A stretch of 64,000 nucleotides of DNA from Pseudomonadales bacterium (GCA_024234615.1 JACKNY010000001.1:1176012-1240011), one strand, 5' to 3'. Counted from the stretch's first letter, positions 8,562-18,243 are shown. The notes: generated from the sequence alone by a model not told the origin. Made by a program: numbers and translations.

Positions 8562-9818
8562 ATGCCAATTGAAAAGAAAATCTTGTTGATAGCCTACCAC
8601 TTCCCCCCGGTTAGGGTGAGCAGTGGTCTCCAGCGAACTTTGTCTTTGGCCAAATATCTCAAAGAGAATTATTGGCTGCCGTCGGTGTTATCAATATCGC
8701 CAAGCGCCTATGAGGCGGTATCGCCAGACCAGCTGAGAGATATCCCCGATTATGTCGAGGTGGTTCGTGCGAAAGGTTGGAATACAGAAAAGTTATTCTC
8801 CAAACTCGGTGGATACCCTTCCTTTTTAGCCTTGCCCGATCGCTGGGTATCCTGGTTATTTGGCGGCGTCCTAGCCGGGCGCAAAGCAATCAAACAAAAG
8901 CAAATATCGATTATTTGGTCTACTTTTCCTATCGCTACAGCCCACTTTATTGGGCTCGTGTTAAATCGTTTGACCGGCGTACCCTGGGTCGCAGATTTTA
9001 GAGATTCAATGGTGGAAGATGACTACCCGGTTGATGAGAAGCAAAGAAGGGTTTACCTCTGGTTGGAGAAAAAAGTAATCGCGCGTGCCACTAAAGTCGT
9101 TTTCACCACAGAGGGCACTAGGCAGATGTACATTGAGCGTTACCCCGGCATCGAGCCAACTCGTTTTGCGGTTATTCCCAATGGTTATGATGAGGAGGCA
9201 TTTAAAAAAGCAGAACAACTGGTCAGCAAGGATCAGCAAAAGTGCAGGGCACTTAGGCTCACGCACAGCGGCATTATTTACCCGACAGAACGAGACCCGA
9301 CCGCTTTGTTTGATGCTTTATCAGAATTAAAAAAAGAAGGTCAAATTAATGCTGGTACATTACAGATTATATTACGTGCTTCCGTTCATGATCATGTGTT
9401 CGAGCCAATGCTTAAATCACGCGAGATTGAAGATATTGTCAAGTTAGAACCCAGCGTTGGCTATGCCGAAGCCCTAGCGGAAATGTTAGAGTCGGATGCG
9501 TTGTTGCTGTTTCAGGCATCGAATTGTAATCACCAGATACCAGCAAAACTCTATGAATACTTTCGAGCGCGTAAACCTATTTTTGCGTTAACGGATAAAC
9601 AGGGGAACACCGCAGATGCATTGAGGGAGGCTGGTATTTCTAATATTGTGGAATTGAACGATAAGAGTGAAATCAAGCAAGGTCTTGTTCTGTTGATGGA
9701 GCAGGTTGCTCATGGCAATGCGCCTATAGCGTCCTGTTCGATTGCCGAGCAGTACTCCCGAAGATCAGTAACTAAGTCCTATAGTAAAATTTTGGACAGT
9801 GTTTATGGCCCAACCTAG
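8562..9818 (+). CDS. Glycosyltransferase (GT-B/GT4-like)
   Basis: The N-terminus KILLIAYHFPPVRVSSGLQR is typical of the GT4 N-domain, and the protein sits in a polysaccharide context. The ATG at 8562 is preferred over the GTG at 8511. Confidence 0.6.
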   Translation: MPIEKKILLIAYHFPPVRVSSGLQRTLSLAKYLKENYWLPSVLSISPSAYEAVSPDQLRDIPDYVEVVRAKGWNTEKLFSKLGGYPSFLALPDRWVSWLFGGVLAGRKAIKQKQISIIWSTFPIATAHFIGLVLNRLTGVPWVADFRDSMVEDDYPVDEKQRRVYLWLEKKVIARATKVVFTTEGTRQMYIERYPGIEPTRFAVIPNGYDEEAFKKAEQLVSKDQQKCRALRLTHSGIIYPTERDPTALFDALSELKKEGQINAGTLQIILRASVHDHVFEPMLKSREIEDIVKLEPSVGYAEALAEMLESDALLLFQASNCNHQIPAKLYEYFRARKPIFALTDKQGNTADALREAGISNIVELNDKSEIKQGLVLLMEQVAHGNAPIASCSIAEQYSRRSVTKSYSKILDSVYGPT

Positions 9819-9820
9819 GG

Positions 9821-11056
9821 TTATACTAAAATTTCCTTCGCTCCCGGATGGCTTAAAAACCCCTGTGGACTCGCACTAAAGCCATAAGCCCCCGATTGAA
9901 ACACGGCAACCAAATCATCGGGTTCTGCGCTAGGTAATTCAACTTTGTCTGCCAGCAAATCCAGCGGTGTACAAAGCGGGCCGACCACCGAGACTAATTC
10001 TTTATTGTCGCTACTCATTCGGTTAGCGACAGCAACAGGGTAGTTCTTACGAATAACCTGCCCAAAATTACCGGAGGCAGAAAGGTGGTGATGTAAACCG
10101 CCATCGGTGATAAGAAAAGTGTGCCCGCGCGATATTTTTTTATCGATTATTTTACAGATATAAACGCCAGCCTCTCCAACTAAATAGCGGCCTAGCTCGG
10201 TGACTATCTCTGCGCCGGGTAAAGCGTTGATGACCTTTGGTAAAGTGCGCTGTAAGTTGTCGGCAATGGGTTGCAGGTCCAGTTGTGTTTCACCGGGGAA
10301 GTAGGGGATGCCGAAACCACCACCAATATTGAGAAGCTCAACCTCAGATGGTGCTGATTCAGCGAGCCGAATAGCCAGTTCAAAGGTTTTGTCATGGGCT
10401 TCAATGATGGCTTCGGATCGTAAGTTCTGTGAGCCGCTAAAAATATGGAAGCCTCTAAAATGACAATCCATATCCCCGAGCAGCGTTAACACAGTGGGTA
10501 CGCGTTCGGCGTCAATGCCAAATTGTTTAGGTCCTCCGCCCATTTTCATGCCGGAGCTTTTCAGTTCAAAATCAGGATTTACACGAATGGCTATTTGAGG
10601 TCGAACTCCCAGTTTCGTCGCAATCTTGTCAATCCGCCTAAGTTCGCCTTCAGATTCAACATTAATCGTAATGCCCGCTTCAATAGCGGCTACCAGTTCT
10701 GGGTCTCGTTTGCCAGGGCCAGCAAAGCTGATATTTTTTGGTAAGGTGCTGGTTTGCAGTGCAATTTCCAGCTCACCTTGTGATGCTACGTCTAAACCAT
10801 CAACCAGTTTTGCCATATGCTCAACCACTGCCATCATGGGGTTGGCTTTCATCGCATAATGTAGGTGAATTTCTTTTGGAAGTACTTCCCGCAGTTGTTG
10901 GACTCTGGCTGTCATCAAACTGCTGTCATAAGCGTAAAAAGGCGTACTTCCCAGTTGTTCCGCTAGATCCATAACAGATCGCCCGTTAATCAGCAGGCAG
11001 TTTTGATCGGTTTTAAATTGATCCATTGGTACGTGTTGCGGTTTTGGTTTATTCAT
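9821..11056 (-). CDS. PLP-dependent decarboxylase (Orn/DAP/Arg decarboxylase fold III), exosortase A system-associated type
   Basis: PLP-lysine motif HYAMKANP and GGGFGIPY. It has DAP-decarboxylase-like length (411 aa) and sits next to the AMP-ligase. Confidence 0.85.
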   Translation of the reverse strand: MNKPKPQHVPMDQFKTDQNCLLINGRSVMDLAEQLGSTPFYAYDSSLMTARVQQLREVLPKEIHLHYAMKANPMMAVVEHMAKLVDGLDVASQGELEIALQTSTLPKNISFAGPGKRDPELVAAIEAGITINVESEGELRRIDKIATKLGVRPQIAIRVNPDFELKSSGMKMGGGPKQFGIDAERVPTVLTLLGDMDCHFRGFHIFSGSQNLRSEAIIEAHDKTFELAIRLAESAPSEVELLNIGGGFGIPYFPGETQLDLQPIADNLQRTLPKVINALPGAEIVTELGRYLVGEAGVYICKIIDKKISRGHTFLITDGGLHHHLSASGNFGQVIRKNYPVAVANRMSSDNKELVSVVGPLCTPLDLLADKVELPSAEPDDLVAVFQSGAYGFSASPQGFLSHPGAKEILV

Positions 11057-11104
11057 TAGGTCACTTTGGTTGGGTTGTTTTATAGGTGTTTGGAGCGAAT
11101 TATG

Positions 11105-11229
11105 CCCTCATCCCAACCTTCTCCCAGAGGGAGAAGGAGTAAATCCCCTTCGTAGAGAGGGGTGCATATCCTTTCTCGTAGGGGAAGAAGCAAATCCCCT
11201 CTCCCTCTGGGAGAGGGCTAGGGTGAGGG
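11105..11229. repeat. REP/MITE-like compound palindromic intergenic element
   Basis: The outer arms CCCTCATCCCAACCTTCTCCCAGAGGGAGAAGG and CCCTCTCCCTCTGGGAGAGGGCTAGGGTGAGGG are near-inverted copies. Each contains its own 8-bp stem (CCTTCTCC/GGAGAAGG and CCCTCTCC/GGAGAGGG). Confidence 0.7.
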
Positions 11230-11232
11230 AAC

Positions 11233-12813
11233 TTACCCACTAAACAAATCCTTAAACTCATTTTTCAAAAAGTTTCGGTCGATCTTACCATTCGGGTTAC
11301 GCGGTAATTCAGCATACAGAATGACTTTCTGTGGTGCCATATAGTTGGGAAGAGACTGTTGGCAATATTTTAGGATGGCGGCCTCGTCAACGCCTTCATT
11401 GGCATGTACGACGAGCACAATCGCCTGTCCCAGCATTGGATGAGCAACCCCCAATGCGATTGCTTCCGTCGCTAATCCACTGCTGTATATTTCTTCTTCG
11501 ACTTCGGTAGGGCTAACCCGGTAGCCTGAGGTTTTAATCATTTCATCCTGGCGGGTAATAAAGTAGAGGTAGCCATCGCTGTCTTTTTTGACTTGATCGC
11601 CTGACCAGACTGCAATTTCCGGATTAGGGAGTTGTTTGGGTTGGCCGGGAGCGGGTTTGAAGCGTTCGGCAGTTTTAGTTGGGTCGTTCCAGTATCCTTG
11701 CGCGACTAACGCGCCACGATGCACTAATTCACCAGGCTCCTCGGCATCGCACTCGCTGCCATCCTCGCGAACCACCAAAATTTCCGCACTTGGTATGGCT
11801 TTGCCCATCGATCCGGGGCGCTCGTCGATCAATTCAGGATCAAGGTAAGTGGAGCGAAATGCTTCGGTGAGTCCATACATGAGAAATACTTGGGTTTTCG
11901 GTAGCGCCTGTCTGAGTCGTTGCAGGGTGGCGCGTGGCATGGCTCCGCCGGAGTTGGTGATATAGCGCAGGCTCTCAATCGCCTCCTGTGGCCACTCTAA
12001 ATTGGCCAGCTGATTCCATAATGGCGGTACAGCGGCCAATCCGGTAACGCCATAGCGTACGATCGCTTTAATAACATCCCTGGGTAGCAGGTAATCCATT
12101 AACACGACACAGGCGCCTACCTGGAATGCCGTTGTCAGCTGGCTCAGGCCGTAGTCAAAACTAAAGGGAAGAACTGCGAGTAGGGTGTCTTGTGTGGTAT
12201 TTCCCAGATAGCTACTGACGCTTTTCGCGCCAACAACCATGTTTCTATGTGAAAGTACCACTCCCTTGGGTCTTCCGGTACTGCCGGAAGTGTAAAGAAT
12301 GGCGGCAAGATCGGCATCAATGCGATTTGGTAATAGAGTGTTCGGGTTTGTTGAAGCTGTATTAAAGCTTTCCCAGTTGACGCAATTAATTGCCAGTGTG
12401 CTGGGCAGTACACATTCGCCACCAAGGGTAATAATGTTGGCTAATTCGGGGCAGTCAGTTAATTCTTCGATGAGTCGTTGTGCTCGATCCGTGGAGCTGA
12501 TAAAAAACGTCGCACCGCTATCCTTGAGAATATGCGCTACCTGCCGAGGTTTTAATCCTGGGTTGACCGGAACAAAAACACCGCCGGCCAGTGAAGTGCC
12601 GAAGAGGCTGATGACGGTTTCAAATTGTTTGGGCAGATAAACGGCGACTCTGTCATTGCGTTTTAGTCCAGCAGCGCGCAGTTGATGCGCGAATAGCTCA
12701 ATTACCTCTGATAATGCTCTATAACTTAACTGGTTATCCTTGAATTTAATGGCAGGTGCTGAAGGCGATACTTTTGCCTGGTGGAAAATACTGTCGTGAA
12801 GAAGTGAAATCAT
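11233..12813 (-). CDS. AMP-forming acyl-CoA/acyl-ACP ligase, exosortase A system-associated type
   Basis: AMP-binding signature LYTSGSTGRPKGV. The C-terminal part includes GDQVKKDSDGYLYFITRQDEMIKTSGYRVSPTEVE. Confidence 0.88.
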   Translation of the reverse strand: MISLLHDSIFHQAKVSPSAPAIKFKDNQLSYRALSEVIELFAHQLRAAGLKRNDRVAVYLPKQFETVISLFGTSLAGGVFVPVNPGLKPRQVAHILKDSGATFFISSTDRAQRLIEELTDCPELANIITLGGECVLPSTLAINCVNWESFNTASTNPNTLLPNRIDADLAAILYTSGSTGRPKGVVLSHRNMVVGAKSVSSYLGNTTQDTLLAVLPFSFDYGLSQLTTAFQVGACVVLMDYLLPRDVIKAIVRYGVTGLAAVPPLWNQLANLEWPQEAIESLRYITNSGGAMPRATLQRLRQALPKTQVFLMYGLTEAFRSTYLDPELIDERPGSMGKAIPSAEILVVREDGSECDAEEPGELVHRGALVAQGYWNDPTKTAERFKPAPGQPKQLPNPEIAVWSGDQVKKDSDGYLYFITRQDEMIKTSGYRVSPTEVEEEIYSSGLATEAIALGVAHPMLGQAIVLVVHANEGVDEAAILKYCQQSLPNYMAPQKVILYAELPRNPNGKIDRNFLKNEFKDLFSG

Positions 12814-12934
12814 GCCTGTTATTAATCTGTATTAATTCTAAGTAAAGGTTCGGCGGCGCCTATTCTGGTTTGAGTTAATAAGCGGGCAAAGCAAGTATAG
12901 TCTACTACTAGCGTTTGCGGATAATTAAGAGACC

Positions 12935-15775
12935 TTAGCGAACCAATTTGCGAATCATTCCGTCCTGTTTAGTTAGAACATAGATTTCGTTTTGATCATC
13001 GACGCCGAAGCGTAAATCAGCTCTATTCGTTTTCATTATATCGAGTAACTGCATTTCCTCACCCTGGTATATTAGTTGAAGTTCAAAAATGCGGGTTTGC
13101 TCTGCGTCGCGAATTTGGTCGGTATCGATATAAAAAATTCGACCGTTATGAATGTCGCCGAAAATGTATTTTCCGTAAAGTTCTGGAATAGCCTGCCCCC
13201 GATATACATAGCCTCCGGTAATGGCCCTTCCTTCATCATGATCGTATTGCGCGATGGGGTAGGTGTATTTTGATAATCTATCCAGTAAGGGTCGTTCAAA
13301 CAATTCGTTTTGATCTTCATGGTTGGTGGCGAAGGTGCCTTCACGTTCGCTCCAACCGTAATTCGCTCCGGCAAGACCTAAATTGATTTCTTCGATTTGG
13401 GTTTGTCCTATGTCGGCAATAAACATCTGCCCACTGCCCGCTATATCCCAACTGAAATGTTGTGGGTTGCGAAACCCGTAGGCCCAAATTTCAGGAGCAT
13501 AACCGGTACGGCCTACGAAGGGATTGTTTTGCGGAATTTGGTAACCTGGTTGTTGGGAGCCGCTAAAAGGATTGATGCGAATAATACTGCCAAATATAGT
13601 ACTGGTATCCTGTCCCAATCGGTTTTTGTCGGTGTCCGATTTCTCACCGGGTTTGACGGTGTTTCCGCCGTCTCCTACTGCGATGTAGAGTAAGCCATAG
13701 TCCTCGCCGGTTGCGGTTGTATTTGGTTTGAAGGCAATCATCCCGACGTTATGGTCTCTCAAAGGCTGTGCAATTCTTAACACTTCTCTGCGAGATTTTT
13801 GATCAATAATGTCAGGGTTGTCGGTTTTGACCATCCATTCGGTAATGATTGAATAGTGATGAATAAGACCAGTGGTGCTGGCAAATACAGGTGTGCCAGG
13901 GTTGTCCTCTTTGCCGCTTGGGCGCTCCGAGTGGGCCGTGTAGAATTTTCTGTAACCAGGAGTTCCGGGTAAAGCGAAGTCTGGATGAAAGGTAAAGGAG
14001 ACGAGACCTTTTTCTGTGCCATCCCAATAAAAATGTGGCATACGAATTAGAGCGAGGTCCAAAAATGGTTGAGTGAGGGGAATGTTACTTTTGAGTATGT
14101 GTATCTGGCCATTCATGCTACTGACGAATAGCCGATCAGAATGATCATTGCCTGATAGTAACAGGCTCACTTCGGAAGGAGCGTTCGTCTTGTTTGCGGT
14201 ACTGATTTTTACCAAGTCAGTAATTTTAACTTTGATGCCCTTCCTGATTGAGTTGACGATTGGGTTAGGTGTGACAACCCTAAAATTTACTTTTCCGTTA
14301 GCTGACGTGGTTCTTGCAATTTCTCGCGGTGTTAGTTGAGCCGCTCTATCGTCACGACAGATGCTGGTGTTGCTAAGTTCTACAGCGCCAATATCCGGTA
14401 AATTATCCGCTCGTGGTTTCCCGCAGAAGTCGTCATCGATATCATTGGATGGAATTCCTGTATTGACTAATAATGGCGCTATTTCCGAAGATAAAGGCAT
14501 TGGCGTGGATGAATTAAGCCAGCGCTTTAAATTCGTTAAGGTAAACAATGTTTTCTGCGTTATAAAATTATTTTGCGAACTGTAACTCCCCTCGTCCCTG
14601 GCAAGCAGGCGACCATTGATAGCGTTGTTAATCACTGTTGCTGTGCTGGTTGCATAGCGCACATCAATGCCTAGCGTATGACTCAAAGTGTTATGAGCAA
14701 TGAGTGTGTTTTGCGCACGGTTTAGGTAAATACCAACGTCCTTTGAGCAATCCATGACGATATTATTTCGAATGACACCGTTACGATGTTCGGTGTCGCA
14801 GTTGTTGTTTTGGCAGGCGTAGGCCGATGAACCGCCGCCGCCCAAAGAGAGCCCGATTCTGATGCCTTGATCGGCTGGCAACCCCATTTCACATATCACC
14901 AAATTTTGTTCAATGATGCCGTCGCGGCCATTGCCTTTGAGAAACGCACCGTAACTGATGTGGTTACCCTGGCCTTTGGAAAAATCGGCAATCAGATTTT
15001 CGCGTAACATCCAGCGCTCGCCACCGATGACGTCTATCAGCGTAACCGGATTTGCGGTATTCCGAATGCTGGTGTTAAAGAAACTGTTGCCTTGAAGGAG
15101 TACGTCGTCGGGAAATTCCCGCGCATTATTTTCACCAATGCCGTTGCCTTTGACATGCGCATTAAAGTTGTAAATACGGTTGTTCCGTAATGTCGTATGA
15201 TCGGCCATACCGACAATATGAAAAGCGTGTTCACATTGGGAGTGGTTCGTACAAACACCTTCGATATCCAGGTTTTGAAATGTCCAGTAGGGAGCGTTGA
15301 CCAAAACTCCTTCCGTTGTGTTGACCTTCAGCTTTACCTGATTAAGTTGTTCGGCCATCAGCAGAATGGGTGCGTCTCTGATTCCGGCGTTGGTGATTTG
15401 AATTTTATGTGTTATCGGGTAGGTGCCTGGTGAAAGTTGAATCAACGTGCCGGGCTGTGCTCTTGCTACGGCCTGTCTAAGTTCTTGTGCTGATGTCACC
15501 AGCACCTTCCTTGAAATTCCGGTGGTGGTGTTTAAGGGGTTGCTGACATTGGCTCCCCAGAGGCTATATTCTGCGGGAAGTGATTCGGTACTTTGATTCG
15601 GTGTCAGAATGGAATCGTCAGGCTGACCAGGAAAAAGTTTGTCTAGACTTTTTTCTAGGAATAGGTTTAAAGGTAACTGATGCTGAGACCAGGTTTCGTA
15701 TCCTAACAAAGTTAGCGTTGGTAGCGGCGAAACCGCAACCAGCAGAATTAGCATTCGTATTTTCCGGGAAAGCAT
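12935..15775 (-). CDS. Secreted or anchored fusion protein (946 aa): right-handed parallel beta-helix (PL6/chondroitinase-B-like) plus a PQQ-dependent sugar dehydrogenase-type (SGDH) beta-propeller
   Basis: N-terminal hydrophobic anchor MLILLVAVSPL. PbH1-like repeats (NNRIYNF, GNSFFN, ENLIADF, QNLVICE, NNIVMDC, HNTLSHT, NNAINGR). C-terminal SGDH motifs LLYIAVGDGGN, YGFRNPQHFSWD and ANYGWSEREG. Confidence 0.75.
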   Translation of the reverse strand: MLSRKIRMLILLVAVSPLPTLTLLGYETWSQHQLPLNLFLEKSLDKLFPGQPDDSILTPNQSTESLPAEYSLWGANVSNPLNTTTGISRKVLVTSAQELRQAVARAQPGTLIQLSPGTYPITHKIQITNAGIRDAPILLMAEQLNQVKLKVNTTEGVLVNAPYWTFQNLDIEGVCTNHSQCEHAFHIVGMADHTTLRNNRIYNFNAHVKGNGIGENNAREFPDDVLLQGNSFFNTSIRNTANPVTLIDVIGGERWMLRENLIADFSKGQGNHISYGAFLKGNGRDGIIEQNLVICEMGLPADQGIRIGLSLGGGGSSAYACQNNNCDTEHRNGVIRNNIVMDCSKDVGIYLNRAQNTLIAHNTLSHTLGIDVRYATSTATVINNAINGRLLARDEGSYSSQNNFITQKTLFTLTNLKRWLNSSTPMPLSSEIAPLLVNTGIPSNDIDDDFCGKPRADNLPDIGAVELSNTSICRDDRAAQLTPREIARTTSANGKVNFRVVTPNPIVNSIRKGIKVKITDLVKISTANKTNAPSEVSLLLSGNDHSDRLFVSSMNGQIHILKSNIPLTQPFLDLALIRMPHFYWDGTEKGLVSFTFHPDFALPGTPGYRKFYTAHSERPSGKEDNPGTPVFASTTGLIHHYSIITEWMVKTDNPDIIDQKSRREVLRIAQPLRDHNVGMIAFKPNTTATGEDYGLLYIAVGDGGNTVKPGEKSDTDKNRLGQDTSTIFGSIIRINPFSGSQQPGYQIPQNNPFVGRTGYAPEIWAYGFRNPQHFSWDIAGSGQMFIADIGQTQIEEINLGLAGANYGWSEREGTFATNHEDQNELFERPLLDRLSKYTYPIAQYDHDEGRAITGGYVYRGQAIPELYGKYIFGDIHNGRIFYIDTDQIRDAEQTRIFELQLIYQGEEMQLLDIMKTNRADLRFGVDDQNEIYVLTKQDGMIRKLVR

Positions 15776-15785
15776 GCCGCTTGCC

Positions 15786-18065
15786 CTACGAACTATTCGC
15801 GGTGGTTTGCTTTACTAATTGTTTTGCGGCAATCAAAGCAAACATTAGGAACAAGAAGAAAGTGCGGGGCGTATCCAGTAGGCCGTCACTGATGCCTAAC
15901 ACTAAAAATCCCGCAATTGAGGCGGTGATCGGTATCGCTAATGCAGGCTGAGTGAGCTGTCGCAGCAGCTGATTTAGCAGCCAACCGATGAATGCAATAA
16001 AGGTGATCAGGCCCAGTAACCCCATTTCAAAATAGAGATGAACCCAAAGATTTTTGGTATGCCAGGGTAAGTGCTTGATGTCATTATAAAAATACCAGTG
16101 ATCTCCACCGGCTTCAAAATTACCATTTTGAAGCAGTGAAGCATTGTTTTCATCCTTTAGAACAACATTGTCGATATCTATCAATGTGCCGCGATTAGGG
16201 TTAATAAAGAGTAAAGCTAACGGTTGAGAGCTAAGCCAATTGGCCTTGGCGAAATGGTTGATATCTAACTCCACGTCCATAGACTGCCATCTTTTAGTGC
16301 CCTCAATGCGAACTGCCTTGCTGATCCATGCGGGGTTATAACCCAGTTGATTATTAATCATTTTACGGGCAATCACGACATAGGCCGAAGCATTCGAGTC
16401 TGAGCGGGCGGTAAAGCTGATGTGCATTTTTGAGGTTTTGCTGCTATTGGTAAAACGTTGTCCGACTTTGAAATCATCGTCACCGCCGATACGGAGAAAG
16501 GTTGAATGCTGTTCCTCAAGGTAGGCGAGGCTGCCGGCATGGGAGTCTGGTAGTTGTGAGAAATATCTGGGGAAACTGCCCAAGCCAAGTCCGAAAGCAT
16601 GGTCGATCATTCGGTCTCCCATCAAACTGAGTGATGTCAGCGTATGAGATCCGCGAGTCACAATATCCTGATTAATCACGGAGAAACGCTCGATCATGCG
16701 GGTGCCAAATACGGAGGGTAAAATGAGCGCGCAGCCCAAGGTAAAGACGAGTACCAGTTTGATACTTTGCTTAAGGTTGGCGATGACGGCCAGGTGAGTG
16801 CTGATGCGATAAGCGATTAAGGTTAGCAAGATATTGGCTGATACGCTGTACATGAATACTTCGAGAGCACTGTTTTTGACCCATTTGCTAGTCGCCATGC
16901 CATAACAACCAAGCGTCAGCGCGAAAAGAAATGCACAGCCTAAGGTAAAGAGAGCAGGATACTTATTCAGATACTGTTGAAGATTGGGGGCGAGCAGACT
17001 CATTGCTGTGATAGCCAGTCCGGCGCTAAGGCTAACTGACCCGCCCCGGTTAAACATGAATAAGAGAATGACGCCTATACAGACCGGTAACACGATCAGG
17101 TGTAAAACAGGATGTTTTATTTGTGCGGACTTGGCTTTTAAATAGAAACTGGCAGCGATAATACAAAGGGCGAGCGCCATCGCCGCATAAGTGGCGCGTG
17201 AAAAAGTAACCAAAATAGAATAGAGGCCGATAACGCTAGCACAGGCGCAGATTATACGTATGCTGTTGGGTTGCTGAGAAATAGCACCGTAGAGGGCTAA
17301 AGGTAAACAGAGCAGTAAATAGGCATCAATGGCAGCTCCGCCTGTGTGCATGTCTGCGAATAATCCGGTGACCCGGTATGTGGTTGAAAAATTAAAGATC
17401 GGGCCAACCAGGCCATAGATATTTTGTGCCTGGCTGATTGCTTGAAATACGCCGCGTTCAGCCAGCACAAAAAATCCTAGCAAGAGCAGTCCCGTTGACG
17501 CGCCGGCCAATAAAAACTTGGTGGCCTTGTTGGGGTCGATATGCCAAGCCTGATGTATCAAAGGCAGAAGAATCACTGCCCAAAGCAGACTTTTACCTAT
17601 GCGCAGGGCATTGTAGCTGGAGTGGTAATTGGATAAGGCATTGGCATCAAATGGGTCAAGTGGGAACAGGCCTATCAGTAAAGACAATAGCCAGGAAATG
17701 GTAAATAGGGTTAGGGTAATAACAAAAAGGGCGTTGCTTCGGGTTTGCGGAAATTGGACTTTTCTATAACAGCCTTGCCATATGGCTCCTGCTAGGGTCG
17801 TCAGCAGTAACAAATCAAAACTGTCCCATAATATACGGCCACTCCAGGGCGTTAGATAGAGCACCGGCAGAAGCGCAGGAAGGACCAGTATCCAAACCTG
17901 TGGCATGCGAATGAGTAATGTGAAATAGGTGAGAAATCCAGTCAGCAACGCGATGCTTGCGACGGGGAAGTTAAGTGTGCCCCAAGTAACTAGCATCATC
18001 ACAATGATTGCGATAATACGATTACCCCAGGATGGAGAGAGTGTCCTGTTGTCGTTCACGGCCAA
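15786..18065 (-). CDS. Polytopic O-antigen-ligase (Wzy_C)-family membrane protein with an inserted soluble CBM-like domain (759 aa)
   Basis: There are many TM segments. A soluble insert of about 200 aa contains NGNFEAGGDHWYF (CBM4_9-like), followed by further TM helices. It occupies the position of the exosortase A-associated O-glycosylation-ligase-like gene. Confidence 0.65.
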   Translation of the reverse strand: MAVNDNRTLSPSWGNRIIAIIVMMLVTWGTLNFPVASIALLTGFLTYFTLLIRMPQVWILVLPALLPVLYLTPWSGRILWDSFDLLLLTTLAGAIWQGCYRKVQFPQTRSNALFVITLTLFTISWLLSLLIGLFPLDPFDANALSNYHSSYNALRIGKSLLWAVILLPLIHQAWHIDPNKATKFLLAGASTGLLLLGFFVLAERGVFQAISQAQNIYGLVGPIFNFSTTYRVTGLFADMHTGGAAIDAYLLLCLPLALYGAISQQPNSIRIICACASVIGLYSILVTFSRATYAAMALALCIIAASFYLKAKSAQIKHPVLHLIVLPVCIGVILLFMFNRGGSVSLSAGLAITAMSLLAPNLQQYLNKYPALFTLGCAFLFALTLGCYGMATSKWVKNSALEVFMYSVSANILLTLIAYRISTHLAVIANLKQSIKLVLVFTLGCALILPSVFGTRMIERFSVINQDIVTRGSHTLTSLSLMGDRMIDHAFGLGLGSFPRYFSQLPDSHAGSLAYLEEQHSTFLRIGGDDDFKVGQRFTNSSKTSKMHISFTARSDSNASAYVVIARKMINNQLGYNPAWISKAVRIEGTKRWQSMDVELDINHFAKANWLSSQPLALLFINPNRGTLIDIDNVVLKDENNASLLQNGNFEAGGDHWYFYNDIKHLPWHTKNLWVHLYFEMGLLGLITFIAFIGWLLNQLLRQLTQPALAIPITASIAGFLVLGISDGLLDTPRTFFLFLMFALIAAKQLVKQTTANSS

Positions 18066-18214
18066 ATTAACTTTCCATTGCTTATCGTTGTGCGTTGTGG
18101 CGCAAGTATACAGGCTAACTTCAGTTTAAAACCATAGTGAGGATGGTGGTGGAAATTTTTTACGTTATAGCGTTGAGCGTTCACAAAAGGGTGGGTATGA
18201 AAGTGCCAGCTTGG

Positions 18215-18243
18215 TTCCGGTACTATCCGGGAAAATACCGGAA
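18215..18243. promoter_or_regulatory. Inverted repeat TTCCGGTA-N13-TACCGGAA in a divergent intergenic region
   Basis: Perfect 8-bp arms seen by eye between the Wzy_C-like gene (minus strand) and dgkA (plus strand). Function unknown. Confidence 0.2.

Noticed and set aside
11105-11229. Possible CRISPR repeat or small ORF in the ligase/decarboxylase gap
   Set aside because: The units are inverted rather than direct, with no spacers of regular length. The apparent coding potential (Pro/Ser/Gly/Arg-rich) is the usual artefact of this REP-like repeat.
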